From positions 32,001 through 96,000 of the IMG/VR virus record IMGVR_UViG_3300012952_003952: a stretch of DNA of 64,000 nucleotides. One strand, written 5' to 3'. Shown here in pieces: positions 17,745-27,811 of the stretch. How positions within the stretch are numbered: position 1 is the first letter of the stretch; each line of letters starts with the position of its first letter. The DNA comes from a virus (Duplodnaviria > Caudoviricetes). A program made the translations under genes and the position numbers. The notes beneath the pieces are model-generated. The model had not been told where the DNA came from. It made no database searches and worked only from the letters and a program-made list of their open reading frames with translations.

Positions 17745-18595
17745 TGGGATTGGGAGGTTACTTATTTTGGACTGCTGTAGCTAGAGAAATAAGCGAAAAG
17801 TCGTTTGGAGGAAATTCTCAAATTAAGTTTCTTCCAATTGAAGCATGCAACAATGGAATAATTAAGTTAATAAAAAGCGAAATATTCGCTAATAATCCTA
17901 GATTTTTCCAAGAGTTTACCGATAGTGAGTTTGCTTTTCCTTTAGTTTTAAACAACCAGGAATTAAATTACTGTAAGAGAGATACTCCGGAAAGAGCTTA
18001 TCATCGATATGACAAGCATGTGGTTGCTCAAATTTGTGAATATTACGGAATACAAAATCCAAGAACTAACTGCGAAATATACTTTTCAGAGCAAGAAATT
18101 AATAAAACAGATAAACTGCTTGCTGGTCTAAAAGACTTTGTCGTCATTGAGCCTCAGTCTAATGATGAATATTCAAAAAATAAAGTTTACCCATTTGAAA
18201 AATGGCAAAATATAACAAACAAATTATTGGCCGAAGGAATCAGTGTAGTACAAGTGGGCAGAACGACGGGCGACAAAAATCTTTCTGGAGCTATTAATCT
18301 CACTGGCCAAACTAGTTTTAAAGAAGCTGCGCAAGTAATATCTCGTTCTAAAATGTTTATATCATCAGAAGGCGGCTTAATGCATGCAGCAAATGGCTGT
18401 GGAGTAAAATCTATAATAATTTACACCGGTTATATTCATCCAAGAATGACTGGATATTCTGAGAATATTAACATCTGGATAAACCACGGTCCTGAGCCGT
18501 GTGGAATGAAAATGAAGTGCATAGACTGCCAAACTGCAGTAGCAAACCACGACGAAAACGAAATTGTCGAACTTATTAAGGAACATTTAAAATGA
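17744..18595 (+). CDS. Glycosyltransferase family 9 (heptosyltransferase-like)
   Basis: NLTGQTSFKEAAQVISRSKMFISSEGGLMHAA matches the GT9 D/ESG.MH.A motif; adjacent to the ADP-heptose genes. Confidence 0.8.
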   Translation: MGLGGYLFWTAVAREISEKSFGGNSQIKFLPIEACNNGIIKLIKSEIFANNPRFFQEFTDSEFAFPLVLNNQELNYCKRDTPERAYHRYDKHVVAQICEYYGIQNPRTNCEIYFSEQEINKTDKLLAGLKDFVVIEPQSNDEYSKNKVYPFEKWQNITNKLLAEGISVVQVGRTTGDKNLSGAINLTGQTSFKEAAQVISRSKMFISSEGGLMHAANGCGVKSIIIYTGYIHPRMTGYSENINIWINHGPEPCGMKMKCIDCQTAVANHDENEIVELIKEHLK

Positions 18596-19554
18596 TTGTT
18601 GTTACCGGCGGATGCGGATTTATTGGATCTAGAATTTTAGAAGAGCTATTCAAGAGAGGCTATAATGAGAAAGTCGTAGTTGTAGATTATCTTAATGACG
18701 ACAATGTCAAGAAAATTTCTAAATTCTCAATCTATGATTGGATGGAGCCAGATTATTTTTTGTCTAACTCACGTAAACTAATAAAAGATGCAGATTGTAT
18801 TTTCCATCAAGGAGCAATTACTGATACTACACATCCTAATCCTAAAGAAGTTATGCGAATGAACTACAACTATACGAAAAGTTTAATTTCTTCTTGCATT
18901 GTCAATAAAACTAAAATAGTATATGCATCTTCAGCTGCAATTTATGGCCATGGCGAAAATGGATTTAAAGAAGAAGAAGATTGTGAGGCGCCTCTAAATG
19001 TTTATGGATTTTCAAAATCTCTTGTAGATAATTGGCTAAGACAAAGTAAGATTTTTTCTACAAACTATGAAATATATGGTTTGAGATATTTTAACGTTTA
19101 TGGAATGGGAGAAGAGCATAAATTAGGAATGAGTTCTCCTGTTTATAAATTTTTTAATGATGCTATATCTCTAGACAAAGACATAAAGATATTCAAGGGT
19201 TCCCATAAATTTTATAGAGATTTTGTAGCAGTAGAAGATGTAGTAAACGTAAATTTATCTTGCGCTTTTGGAGAAATAGATCCTGGAATTTATAATGTTG
19301 GATCTGGTAAAAAGATCTCTTTTAAAAAAGTAGCTAAGATAACTCAAGAACACTTCTCAGAAGAAGAAGTGGATATATCCACAATAGATTTTCCAGAAAA
19401 ATTAAAAGGTAGATATCAAGATAATACCCATGCTAATTTAGTGAAACTGAGATCAGCAGGCTATAAAGAAAAAATGATCGATCCAGAAGTTGGAATCAAG
19501 AAATATCTTTTAGATTTAGATTTGGCTAGAAAAAATGAAGACAGTATTTACTAA
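18592..19554 (+). CDS. hldD: ADP-L-glycero-D-manno-heptose 6-epimerase
   Basis: IVVTGGCGFIGS, FHQGAITDTT, YASSAAIYG, PLNVYGFSK, GLRYFNVYG, and RDFVAVED match RfaD/HldD. Confidence 0.85.
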   Translation: MIVVTGGCGFIGSRILEELFKRGYNEKVVVVDYLNDDNVKKISKFSIYDWMEPDYFLSNSRKLIKDADCIFHQGAITDTTHPNPKEVMRMNYNYTKSLISSCIVNKTKIVYASSAAIYGHGENGFKEEEDCEAPLNVYGFSKSLVDNWLRQSKIFSTNYEIYGLRYFNVYGMGEEHKLGMSSPVYKFFNDAISLDKDIKIFKGSHKFYRDFVAVEDVVNVNLSCAFGEIDPGIYNVGSGKKISFKKVAKITQEHFSEEEVDISTIDFPEKLKGRYQDNTHANLVKLRSAGYKEKMIDPEVGIKKYLLDLDLARKNEDSIY

Positions 19555-19927
19555 TGGTTGTTTCGACATTGTCCACCGGGGGCATTTAGAGCTTTTAGAA
19601 TACTGTAAAACTATTGGAGAAAAAGTTATAGTAGGAATTAATTCTGACCAAAGTGTAAGAAGTTTAAAAGGTTCAAACCGGCCGATAAACGCACAGGAAG
19701 ATAGGAAATTTCTTTTAGAGTCTTTAGTATACGTTGACGAAGTTATAGTTTTTGACGAAGAAACTCCCTTAGAGCTTATAAAAAATATAAAACCAGATAT
19801 AATTGTCAAGGGTGGTGATTATTCTCCTGAAGAAGTAGTGGGCCACAAGTTAGCTAAAGTTGTAATTTTTGAGACAGTAGATGGATATTCAACAACTAAA
19901 ATCGTTAAAAGTATTAGTGATAGGTGA
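19535..19927 (+). CDS. rfaE2: D-glycero-beta-D-manno-heptose 1-phosphate adenylyltransferase (RfaE domain II)
   Basis: VFTNGCFDIVHRGH (HxGH), GINSDQSV..LKG..RP, VKGGDY, GYSTT. Confidence 0.92.
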   Translation: MKTVFTNGCFDIVHRGHLELLEYCKTIGEKVIVGINSDQSVRSLKGSNRPINAQEDRKFLLESLVYVDEVIVFDEETPLELIKNIKPDIIVKGGDYSPEEVVGHKLAKVVIFETVDGYSTTKIVKSISDR

Positions 19928-20666
19928 AGCCTGCACAGATCGATATCATGTCGGAACATGCGATAGACTAAGCCCTGAATTCCCTGTACCTGTGTTTAAA
20001 AATAAAAAAAGTTTTGATAATCCTGGGATGGCTTCTAACGTTTTTGCTGGATTTTTAAATTTAGGAATAAGCGCCGATCTTGTATCTCAGCAGAAACCAT
20101 GCTTAAAAGAAAGATATATTGACGAAAAAACTGGATACCACTTACTAAGAGTAGATAGTTTTGACGAAGTAGAAAAACTTTCTGATTCTGAAATTAGAAA
20201 CGTAGATCTAAATCAATATTCTTGTTTAGTAATTTCTGATTACGGAAAAGGATTTTTAAGCGAAGAAATAGCTTTTTATTTAAGAGAAAATTTTAAAGGG
20301 CCAATTTTTGTAGACACAAAAAAGAAAGATCTTTCTTGCTTTTCTAATTGTATAGTGAAAATAAACGAAATAGAAAGAGCTTCACTTATAAACCCAAACC
20401 CAAAAACAAAACTTGTCACTACTTTAGGTCCTCGAGGAGCAGAATATGAGGGTGAAATTTATAGCCCCAATTTTGAAAGAAGAGTATTTGATGTTTGCGG
20501 TGCCGGAGATACTTTCTTAACTGCGCTAGTAATAGGGTATATGATGTATGGAGATGTTAGGGCTTCTATTCCACTAGCAAATTATTGCGCAGGAATAGCT
20601 GTTGAGTCTCGTGGAACTTATAAAATAACTGCCCAAGATTTACTGGAGTATAAAAATGCCATTTGA
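19881..20666 (+). CDS. rfaE1: Heptose-7-phosphate kinase (RfaE domain I, PfkB family)
   Basis: VLVIGE..D, RLSPEFPVPV, ISDYGKG, VFDVCGAGDTF. Confidence 0.88.
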   Translation: MDIQQLKSLKVLVIGEACTDRYHVGTCDRLSPEFPVPVFKNKKSFDNPGMASNVFAGFLNLGISADLVSQQKPCLKERYIDEKTGYHLLRVDSFDEVEKLSDSEIRNVDLNQYSCLVISDYGKGFLSEEIAFYLRENFKGPIFVDTKKKDLSCFSNCIVKINEIERASLINPNPKTKLVTTLGPRGAEYEGEIYSPNFERRVFDVCGAGDTFLTALVIGYMMYGDVRASIPLANYCAGIAVESRGTYKITAQDLLEYKNAI

Positions 20667-21537
20667 TACTGTAATTAGCGTGCTTACGTTTTGTGATTCA
20701 GAAAAAATGACTGAAAGATATGAAATGATGAAAAAAGCCCTTCCAACTCTTGAAGCGCTATCAAAAGACCCATCAGTATTTTTAATGCTTTGGGACAATG
20801 GTTCTAGCGATGATGTGAAAGACTATTTAAAAACTCTAGATTTTTTCAACTTTCAATATTTTTCTCAGCATAATCTCTATGATGTTCCAGTATTAAGAGC
20901 AATTTCTGAAACAGCAAAAATTTTAAATGCAAAATATGTTTGCCATGTTGAAGATGATTTAGAGTTAATGGAACCTGAGTGTATTCCTTCTTTGAAAAAG
21001 TTTCTACAAGATCACGAAGACGTAGGTGGAATAAGATTATTAAAATTTGATTACTACAACCAGAGAAAATATGATAAAAGAAATTCTTCGAAAGATGTAG
21101 ATCGCTCTAATTTCATGACGCTTAGAAATATTGTAGACGGCTCATCTTTAAGCTGGAGTGATCCTATCGAAGTGGGAAAATACAAGTTCTTTAAAGTTAA
21201 TTGGCACTGGTATAATTTTCCTATATTTGCTAAATCAGATGTATTCAGTAAAGTTGTAATTGACGGTGATGTAGAACCACTTCAAGCGCAAGAAGGCAGA
21301 ATGGCCGAGCAGTTTAACAACCTAAATCTAAAACTAGCAATTCTAAACGGTGGAGTATTTAATCACTTGGGGACTTTTAACCAAAAAGGCTCTGCAAGAT
21401 TGTTTGTAAGAGATAATATGGTAAACAGAAAAGAAACAACTGGCCAGTTTCCTTGTCTTAAAGATGAAGATATAACAAGTTCTGTTGAAAATTTTAAGCT
21501 TTCTCTTAATGAGTTTTTAAAAAATGAATATTCCTAA
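20656..21537 (+). CDS. GT-A (GT2-like) glycosyltransferase
   Basis: LWDNGSSD and VCHVEDD (DxD-like) motifs. Confidence 0.65.
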   Translation: MPFDTVISVLTFCDSEKMTERYEMMKKALPTLEALSKDPSVFLMLWDNGSSDDVKDYLKTLDFFNFQYFSQHNLYDVPVLRAISETAKILNAKYVCHVEDDLELMEPECIPSLKKFLQDHEDVGGIRLLKFDYYNQRKYDKRNSSKDVDRSNFMTLRNIVDGSSLSWSDPIEVGKYKFFKVNWHWYNFPIFAKSDVFSKVVIDGDVEPLQAQEGRMAEQFNNLNLKLAILNGGVFNHLGTFNQKGSARLFVRDNMVNRKETTGQFPCLKDEDITSSVENFKLSLNEFLKNEYS

Positions 21538-21949
21538 ACTACAAAAACTACAGACATTCACAACTGGCGAAGGAGAAATGGTTCCAATTTATAAAGATTG
21601 GGAAGATTGGCATTCGGGTTATATTCCAAAAATGGCTTATATAACCTCCATTGCGCCAAACACCTCAAAGGGGCCGATACTTCATCTTAAGCGAAGAGGC
21701 TTTATGATGGCCTTTCGAGGAGAAGTAGTGGTAGAGTGTTTAGTGGGTGGTGAAATAAGAAAGTACGAATTAAGAAACAGCGAAAATGAAAAGTATGTTC
21801 TTATGATTCCTGCTGGAACTCCTAATAAAATATGTAATTTAGCTAAAGAAGAAGCTATAATTTTGAACTTACCTGACAGGGCATGGCGCCCAGATGACGA
21901 AGATACAGAAAAATTTAATGACTGGGAAGATTACTATGGGAAGACTTGA
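21524..21949 (+). CDS. Cupin sugar epimerase/isomerase (RmlC/FdtA-like)
   Basis: KGPILH...LMIPAG..N cupin pattern; directly upstream of rmlB-rmlA. Confidence 0.65.
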   Translation: MNIPKLQKLQTFTTGEGEMVPIYKDWEDWHSGYIPKMAYITSIAPNTSKGPILHLKRRGFMMAFRGEVVVECLVGGEIRKYELRNSENEKYVLMIPAGTPNKICNLAKEEAIILNLPDRAWRPDDEDTEKFNDWEDYYGKT

Positions 21950-22901
21950 TAAAAAATTAACATTCGTTGTTACTGGCGGACTGGGATTTATAGGAAGCCA
22001 CTTTGTAGACAAGGTATTAGCGGCAGGACATAGAGTGATAAACTATGACAAAGAAACTTATGCTGCTCATACTGAGCTAGAATTTAAAGGTGAATATGAG
22101 TATATTAAAGCTGATATAGCAGAAATTAAATCAATACCTTACTGTGACATAATAGTAAATTTTGCTGCAGAGTCTCATGTAGATAATTCTATAGAAGATA
22201 GTTTTTGTTTTGTTAAGTCTAACATACTTGGAGTCTATAATATTCTAGAATTGCTGAAAAACAAAAAAATTGACAGTCTTGTCTCAGCGTGGGAGTATAA
22301 CTATCCGATATTCTTGCAAATTAGTACAGATGAAGTTTTTGGAGATATCGAAGAAGGGTTTTTTGAAGAAGAAGCCGTTCACACGCCAAGCAACCCCTAT
22401 TCTGCAACAAAATCTGCAGCAGAACAACTAGTAGTTTCTTGGGGTAGAACTTTTGATATTCCATTTCTTATCTCGAGAACCACTAACAACTATGGACCAA
22501 GACAAAATTCAGAAAAATTAATTCCTCGAGCTATTACAGACATATTAAAAGGGGCAAAAGTACCTATTCACGGTGGCGGATCATACGTCAGAAATTGGAT
22601 TCATGTAGAAGATAATGTCGATGCGATATTAAAAATAATTGATTCTGGAACTATTAACGAATATTACCACATAGCTTCTGACGAAGAGTATTCTGTAAAG
22701 CAAATAGTAGAAATGATTTGTGAAAAAATGAGCGTTGAATATGATGAAGTTACTGACCCTTCTATGGATAGATCAGGAGCCGATGTTCGGTATGCTTTAA
22801 ATTGCGATAAGCTTAAAGCTTTAGGGTGGAAGCAAAACAAGCACCTCAAAACTTCTATAGAAGAAACCATAAAATACTATAAAAATTCAAGAGAGAAATA
22901 A
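21936..22901 (+). CDS. rmlB: dTDP-glucose 4,6-dehydratase
   Basis: VTGGLGFIGSHF, DKETYA, FAAESHVDNSI, ISTDEV, PSNPYSATK, TNNYGPRQ. The ORF track starts at 21894. Confidence 0.9.
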   Translation: MGRLDKKLTFVVTGGLGFIGSHFVDKVLAAGHRVINYDKETYAAHTELEFKGEYEYIKADIAEIKSIPYCDIIVNFAAESHVDNSIEDSFCFVKSNILGVYNILELLKNKKIDSLVSAWEYNYPIFLQISTDEVFGDIEEGFFEEEAVHTPSNPYSATKSAAEQLVVSWGRTFDIPFLISRTTNNYGPRQNSEKLIPRAITDILKGAKVPIHGGGSYVRNWIHVEDNVDAILKIIDSGTINEYYHIASDEEYSVKQIVEMICEKMSVEYDEVTDPSMDRSGADVRYALNCDKLKALGWKQNKHLKTSIEETIKYYKNSREK

Positions 22902-23626
22902 TGAGAAAAGGTGTTATACTAGCAGGTGGAACTGGCTCTAGACTATCCCCACTTACGGATGTTACAAACAAGCATCTGCTTCCAGTTGGTAAAAGACCGA
23001 TGATACTTCATCTTGTTTCAAAAATGACAGAAGTTGGAATCACTGAAATAATGGTCGTTACCGGCACTGAGCATATGGGTGATATGATTTCTTTGCTTGG
23101 AAGTGGAAAAAAATATGGGTGCTCTTTTACTTTTAAAGTCCAAGAACAAGCTCATGGAATAGCTGATGCTTTAAGACTTTCTAAAGAGTTTGTGAATGGA
23201 GAAAAATTTTTAGTTCTTTTAGGAGACAATATGTTTGAAGATAGTCTTTCTAGACATGTTGGCAACTTTGAAAATTCTGATTTTCCATGCTTTATGCTTT
23301 TGAAAAAAGTTCCTGATCCAGAAAGATACGGGGTTGCCGTTATAGAAGATGGGAATCTAAAATCTGCAATTGAAAAGCCAAAAAAGTTTATATCAGATTT
23401 ATGCATCACTGGAATCTATATGTACGACAGTTCTGTCTTTGAAAGAATAGAAAATTTAATTCCTTCTTCTAGAGGAGAATATGAAATTACAGAATTGAAC
23501 CACCAATACATTAAAGATGGACTTGCTGGTTATGATACTCTTGTTGGATGGTGGACAGATGCAGGAACATTTAGTTCTTATCAAAAAGCAAACACTTTAA
23601 TGTCATATGCATTGGAGAATGGCTAA
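22901..23626 (+). CDS. rmlA: Glucose-1-phosphate thymidylyltransferase
   Basis: GVILAGGTGSRL.PLT...NKHLLPV, LGDN, EKP, RGEYEIT, WWTDAGT. Confidence 0.9.
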   Translation: MRKGVILAGGTGSRLSPLTDVTNKHLLPVGKRPMILHLVSKMTEVGITEIMVVTGTEHMGDMISLLGSGKKYGCSFTFKVQEQAHGIADALRLSKEFVNGEKFLVLLGDNMFEDSLSRHVGNFENSDFPCFMLLKKVPDPERYGVAVIEDGNLKSAIEKPKKFISDLCITGIYMYDSSVFERIENLIPSSRGEYEITELNHQYIKDGLAGYDTLVGWWTDAGTFSSYQKANTLMSYALENG

Positions 23627-24444
23627 TGATTTCTGTGTATGGTTCTTCTGGGTTTATAGGTTCTAATTTCTGTAGTTTATATGCAGAAAAAATAATAAAA
23701 GTACCTAGAGATTCTAGAGAGCCATTTTCGAAAGATATTTTATATTTTATTAGTACTACCGACAACTATAGCGTATTTTCAGACCCAACCATTGATGTGA
23801 AAACTAATTTGCTAGTCCTTACAGAGACTTTGGCCTGTATCAAAGAGAAAGCTGAGACTTTTAATTTTATTAGTTCTTGGTTTGTATATGGTGAAACAGA
23901 GCTTCCAGCTAAAGAAAATTCTATTTGTTCTCCTAGAGGATTTTATTCTATTACCAAATTATGTGCTGAGCAATTAGTCGAATCATATTGTAAAACTCAT
24001 AAAATTCCTTATAGAATTATTAGACTTTGTAACGTTTATGGAAAGGGAGACCCAGGTGTTTCTAAAAAGAAAAATGCTCTGCAATTTTTAATTGAAAGAC
24101 TAAAGAAAGACGAATCAATTCAGCTTTATAACGGTGGAGACTTTGTAAGAGACTATATGCATGTTGACGATGTATCAAGAGCTATAAACTGTGTTATTGA
24201 AACAGGGCCTCTCGACTCAGTGATAAACGTTGGGTGTGGAGAGCCAATAAAATTTAAAGAGATAATAGATTTAGCAGTAAAAATTTTAGATTCAAAAAGT
24301 GAAATAACAAATATCGAGCCTCCAGACTTTCATAAACTAGTGCAAGTCAAAGACATGTATTTAGATATTGAAAAACTACGAAGCTTAAATTTTAATCCAA
24401 AAATAAAAATAGAAGAAGGTATAAAAGAGTTATGTCAAGCTTAA
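23626..24444 (+). CDS. NAD-dependent sugar epimerase/reductase (extended SDR)
   Basis: VYGSSGFIGS, YSITK (YxxxK), RLCNVYG, RDYMHVDD. Confidence 0.85.
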   Translation: MISVYGSSGFIGSNFCSLYAEKIIKVPRDSREPFSKDILYFISTTDNYSVFSDPTIDVKTNLLVLTETLACIKEKAETFNFISSWFVYGETELPAKENSICSPRGFYSITKLCAEQLVESYCKTHKIPYRIIRLCNVYGKGDPGVSKKKNALQFLIERLKKDESIQLYNGGDFVRDYMHVDDVSRAINCVIETGPLDSVINVGCGEPIKFKEIIDLAVKILDSKSEITNIEPPDFHKLVQVKDMYLDIEKLRSLNFNPKIKIEEGIKELCQA

Positions 24445-25748
24445 AAGAAAAAATCCAAGAATTCTTAAAAAGCTTAGAAACTGACGGTGGTTTACCTCAG
24501 TACATCACTGGGCCGAAAAACAAAAAGAATACCAAAATGCCGAAAGTGCTGTATTCAGGTCCTGTGTGGGATAAAGAAGAGCTTTCAGCTGCGATAGAAA
24601 CTATTGTTAGCTCAAACTGGCTAGCTTCTGGAGAAAATGTTCGAAAGTTTGAAGTTCAGTTTTCTAGATACATTGACTCTAAATTTTCTGTAATGGTTAA
24701 CTCAGGATCTTCAGCTAACTTAGCGATGATTTGCGCTTTGAAAAAACACTATGGTTGGAAAGATGGAGATGAGATCATTGTATCGTGCGTAGGTTTTCCC
24801 ACGACTATTAATCCTATAATTCAGAATAATCTAAAGCCAGTTTTTGTAGACATATCTTGGGAAGACTTAAATTGGAATTTAGATGAAGTTGAAAACAAAA
24901 TTACTGATAGGACTGTTGCTGTTATTTCTTCTCCTGTTTTAGGTAACCCCTATGATTTAGACAGGCTTTCAGAAATTTGCGAAAAGAATTCTGTTAAAAT
25001 GATTGGAGATAACTGTGACACTCTAGGCACCAAGTGGAAGGGCAAGCATTTTTCTTCTTATTTTGTGGCTAGTAGCTGTTCATTTTATCCAGCTCACCAT
25101 ATCTCCACCGGCGAAGGCGGGATGGTTTCTTCAGATAATCCAGATATTATTAAAACCGCTAGAAGTTTTGCTTGGTGGGGAAGAGATTGTTATTGCGTAG
25201 GGTCAGCAAATCTTCTCTCATGCGGAAGTTGTGGAAATAGATTTGATAAATGGCTTGACGCATATGACGGAGTAGTAGATCACAAATATATTTTTGTAAA
25301 TCAAGGCTACAATTTAAAACCTTTAGATATGCAGGGTTCAGTAGGCTCAGTTCAACTTAAAAAGCTTCCTATGATTCATGAAAAAAGAAGATATTTTAAA
25401 GCTGAAATAGAAAAAATATTAAGCCGTATCGGTGGTTTAAGAATTCCTGGTGAATTAGAAAATTCCGAAACTAGTTGGTTTGGTGTTCCGATAATATGTG
25501 AATCTGGAGATTTAAAAAGAAGGCTAGTAGATCACTTAGAAAGCTCCGGAGTTCAAACTAGAAATTATTTTGCTGGAAATATATTAATGCATCCCGCATA
25601 TTCTCACATTGATGATTATAAGAAATATCCGATAGCTTCTAAAGTTTTAGATCAAGTGTTTTTTATGGGCTGTTCTCCAAATTATACAGAAGACACTTTA
25701 GAAAAAATTTCTAGTGTCATACAAAAATTTATAGAGAATGAAAAATGA
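24432..25748 (+). CDS. rfbH: NDP-4-keto-6-deoxyglucose 3-dehydratase (E1/RfbH/DdhC family)
   Basis: SFYPAHHISTGEGG has His in place of the aminotransferase Lys. Fe-S cluster motif GRDCYC...SCGSC; DHKY, GYNLKP, TRNYFAGN. Confidence 0.85.
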   Translation: MSSLKEKIQEFLKSLETDGGLPQYITGPKNKKNTKMPKVLYSGPVWDKEELSAAIETIVSSNWLASGENVRKFEVQFSRYIDSKFSVMVNSGSSANLAMICALKKHYGWKDGDEIIVSCVGFPTTINPIIQNNLKPVFVDISWEDLNWNLDEVENKITDRTVAVISSPVLGNPYDLDRLSEICEKNSVKMIGDNCDTLGTKWKGKHFSSYFVASSCSFYPAHHISTGEGGMVSSDNPDIIKTARSFAWWGRDCYCVGSANLLSCGSCGNRFDKWLDAYDGVVDHKYIFVNQGYNLKPLDMQGSVGSVQLKKLPMIHEKRRYFKAEIEKILSRIGGLRIPGELENSETSWFGVPIICESGDLKRRLVDHLESSGVQTRNYFAGNILMHPAYSHIDDYKKYPIASKVLDQVFFMGCSPNYTEDTLEKISSVIQKFIENEK

Positions 25749-26668
25749 ACGTATTAATAACAGGTTGTGCAGGTTTTATCGGAAGCCACGCTGTAGAAGA
25801 ATTTTTATTGCATGGTCATAATGTAGTTGGAGTTGATTCTATGACTTATGCGGCCGATCGCAATAATATGTCTTCTTTTATAGATGATATAGAATTTTTC
25901 CATGCAGACATTTGTAATACTGATTTAATGAGAAAGCTAGTAGAAGAATATAAAATAGATTGGATAATAAATTTTGCTGCTGAATCTCATGTAGATAATT
26001 CCATAAAAGGATGTGAGCAGTTTATTAAATCTAATATCGTCGGAGTTAACTCTCTTTTAATGGTGTGCAAAGAATTTGAGTGCAATATACTTCATATATC
26101 GACAGATGAAGTTTATGGATCGATAAAATCAGGATCTTTTGTAGAAACTGATGTTTTAAATCCAAAAAATCCATATTCCGCCACAAAAGCTGCAGCAGAA
26201 CACTTAGTAAATTCTTATAGTAACACTTATGGAGTTCAACAGATTATCATTAGAATGAGCAACAACTTTGGCCCAAGACAGCATAGAGAAAAATTAGTGC
26301 CGACGATACTTTCTACTCTTTTATCTGGAAAAAAGATCCCAGTGTACGGCGATGGTAAAAATGTGAGAGACTGGTTTTATGTAAAAGACAGCGTAAAAAT
26401 GGTGTATAAAGTTTTTGATAATGGATCTCTTGGAGAAATATACAACTTGACTCACTGCAATGAGATGACTAATTTAGAAATTATAAACACAATATGCGAG
26501 CTTTGCGATAAAAATCCTGAAGCTAATATAGAATTTGTTAAAGACCGCCCTGGCCATGATTTCAGATATTCTATTTCTAATAAAAAAGTTAAACTGCTTG
26601 GAATCGATAAACCAACAGATTTTCGTGAAGCAGTAAAACAAACAATAGACGCTTGGAGAAAAAAATGA
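25745..26668 (+). CDS. rmlB: Second NDP-glucose 4,6-dehydratase (RmlB-like)
   Basis: ITGCAGFIGSH, FAAESHVDNSI, ISTDEVYG, NPYSATK, RDWFYVKD. Confidence 0.85.
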   Translation: MNVLITGCAGFIGSHAVEEFLLHGHNVVGVDSMTYAADRNNMSSFIDDIEFFHADICNTDLMRKLVEEYKIDWIINFAAESHVDNSIKGCEQFIKSNIVGVNSLLMVCKEFECNILHISTDEVYGSIKSGSFVETDVLNPKNPYSATKAAAEHLVNSYSNTYGVQQIIIRMSNNFGPRQHREKLVPTILSTLLSGKKIPVYGDGKNVRDWFYVKDSVKMVYKVFDNGSLGEIYNLTHCNEMTNLEIINTICELCDKNPEANIEFVKDRPGHDFRYSISNKKVKLLGIDKPTDFREAVKQTIDAWRKK

Positions 26669-27810
26669 AAAATTATCCTCTGTTTAAAGTCCATTTAGAT
26701 ACTGAAGATGTCTTATCTAGACTAAGAAAAGTGTTTGATTCAGGTATTATAAATGAAGGCGCACAAGTAACAGAGTTAACTGAAAAGCTTTGTAAAAATC
26801 TAGAAACAGAAAATTTAGTTTTGGTTAATTCTTGCACCAGCGCTATAGCTATGGCACTAAAACTATCAGGTGTAAATCCAGGTGATGAAGTAATCTCAAC
26901 TTCAATGACATGCGTAGCTACTAACTCAGTAATAAGCTGGCTAGGTGCAAAAGTAGTCTGGGCAGATATCGATAGTCAAACTGGAAACATAGACCCTTCA
27001 GAGATAGAAAGTAAGATAACAGAAAAAACTAAAGCTGTAATATGCGTCGATTGGTCAGGTATACCTTGCAAGTTTAAAGAATTGCAAGCTGTTTGTCGAA
27101 AAAATAAAATCAAGTTAATCCAAGATGCTGCCCATGCATTTGGTAGCCTGTATGAAGGTAAACCAGTTTGCCACTACTCGGATTATACTTGCTATAGCTT
27201 TCAAGCCATTAAGCACTTTACAACTGGCGATGGTGGTGCGATAGTTTGCTTGAATGATGATGACGTACCACGAGCTCGAGCAATGAAATGGTATGGTTTT
27301 GACAGAAAAACTTTGAAAGATAAAGATGGAAACTGGAAAGGTCGTCGCTGGAATGTCGACATTCAAGAGATTGGATCTAAGTTTAACATGAATAATATTT
27401 CTGCAGTAATGGGAATTTCTAATCTAGACCACGCAGATAAAATTGTGCGCCAGCATAAATCTAACGCAGCTGTTTATAATAAACTGCTAGAAAGCAATGA
27501 AGATGTCAAGCCGTTGTTGGTGGACAAAAATATGGATCCAGCTTATTGGATTTATACTATAGTATTATCTGGCGGAATAGATCGAGAAAAACTGATAGAA
27601 AATCTTAAGCTTAAAGGTGTTCACACAGATACTGTGCATGTCCCAAATCACCCCTACGATTGTTTTTCTGATAGTTTTTGTAAGTTACCTCAAACAGAAT
27701 ATTTCGGGGACAGACAGCTTTGTCTGCCTTGCGGCTGGTGGCTTAATGAACAAGACATAGAAGACATTTATAATATTTTAATAAGCACTATAGAAACAGC
27801 TAGGGTCTAA
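26665..27810 (+). CDS. DegT/DnrJ/EryC1/StrS sugar aminotransferase
   Basis: VNSCTSA, IQDAAHAFG, SFQAIKHFTTGDGG (PLP lysine present). The ORF track starts at 26653. Confidence 0.9.
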   Translation: MKNYPLFKVHLDTEDVLSRLRKVFDSGIINEGAQVTELTEKLCKNLETENLVLVNSCTSAIAMALKLSGVNPGDEVISTSMTCVATNSVISWLGAKVVWADIDSQTGNIDPSEIESKITEKTKAVICVDWSGIPCKFKELQAVCRKNKIKLIQDAAHAFGSLYEGKPVCHYSDYTCYSFQAIKHFTTGDGGAIVCLNDDDVPRARAMKWYGFDRKTLKDKDGNWKGRRWNVDIQEIGSKFNMNNISAVMGISNLDHADKIVRQHKSNAAVYNKLLESNEDVKPLLVDKNMDPAYWIYTIVLSGGIDREKLIENLKLKGVHTDTVHVPNHPYDCFSDSFCKLPQTEYFGDRQLCLPCGWWLNEQDIEDIYNILISTIETARV

Positions 27811-27811
27811 T

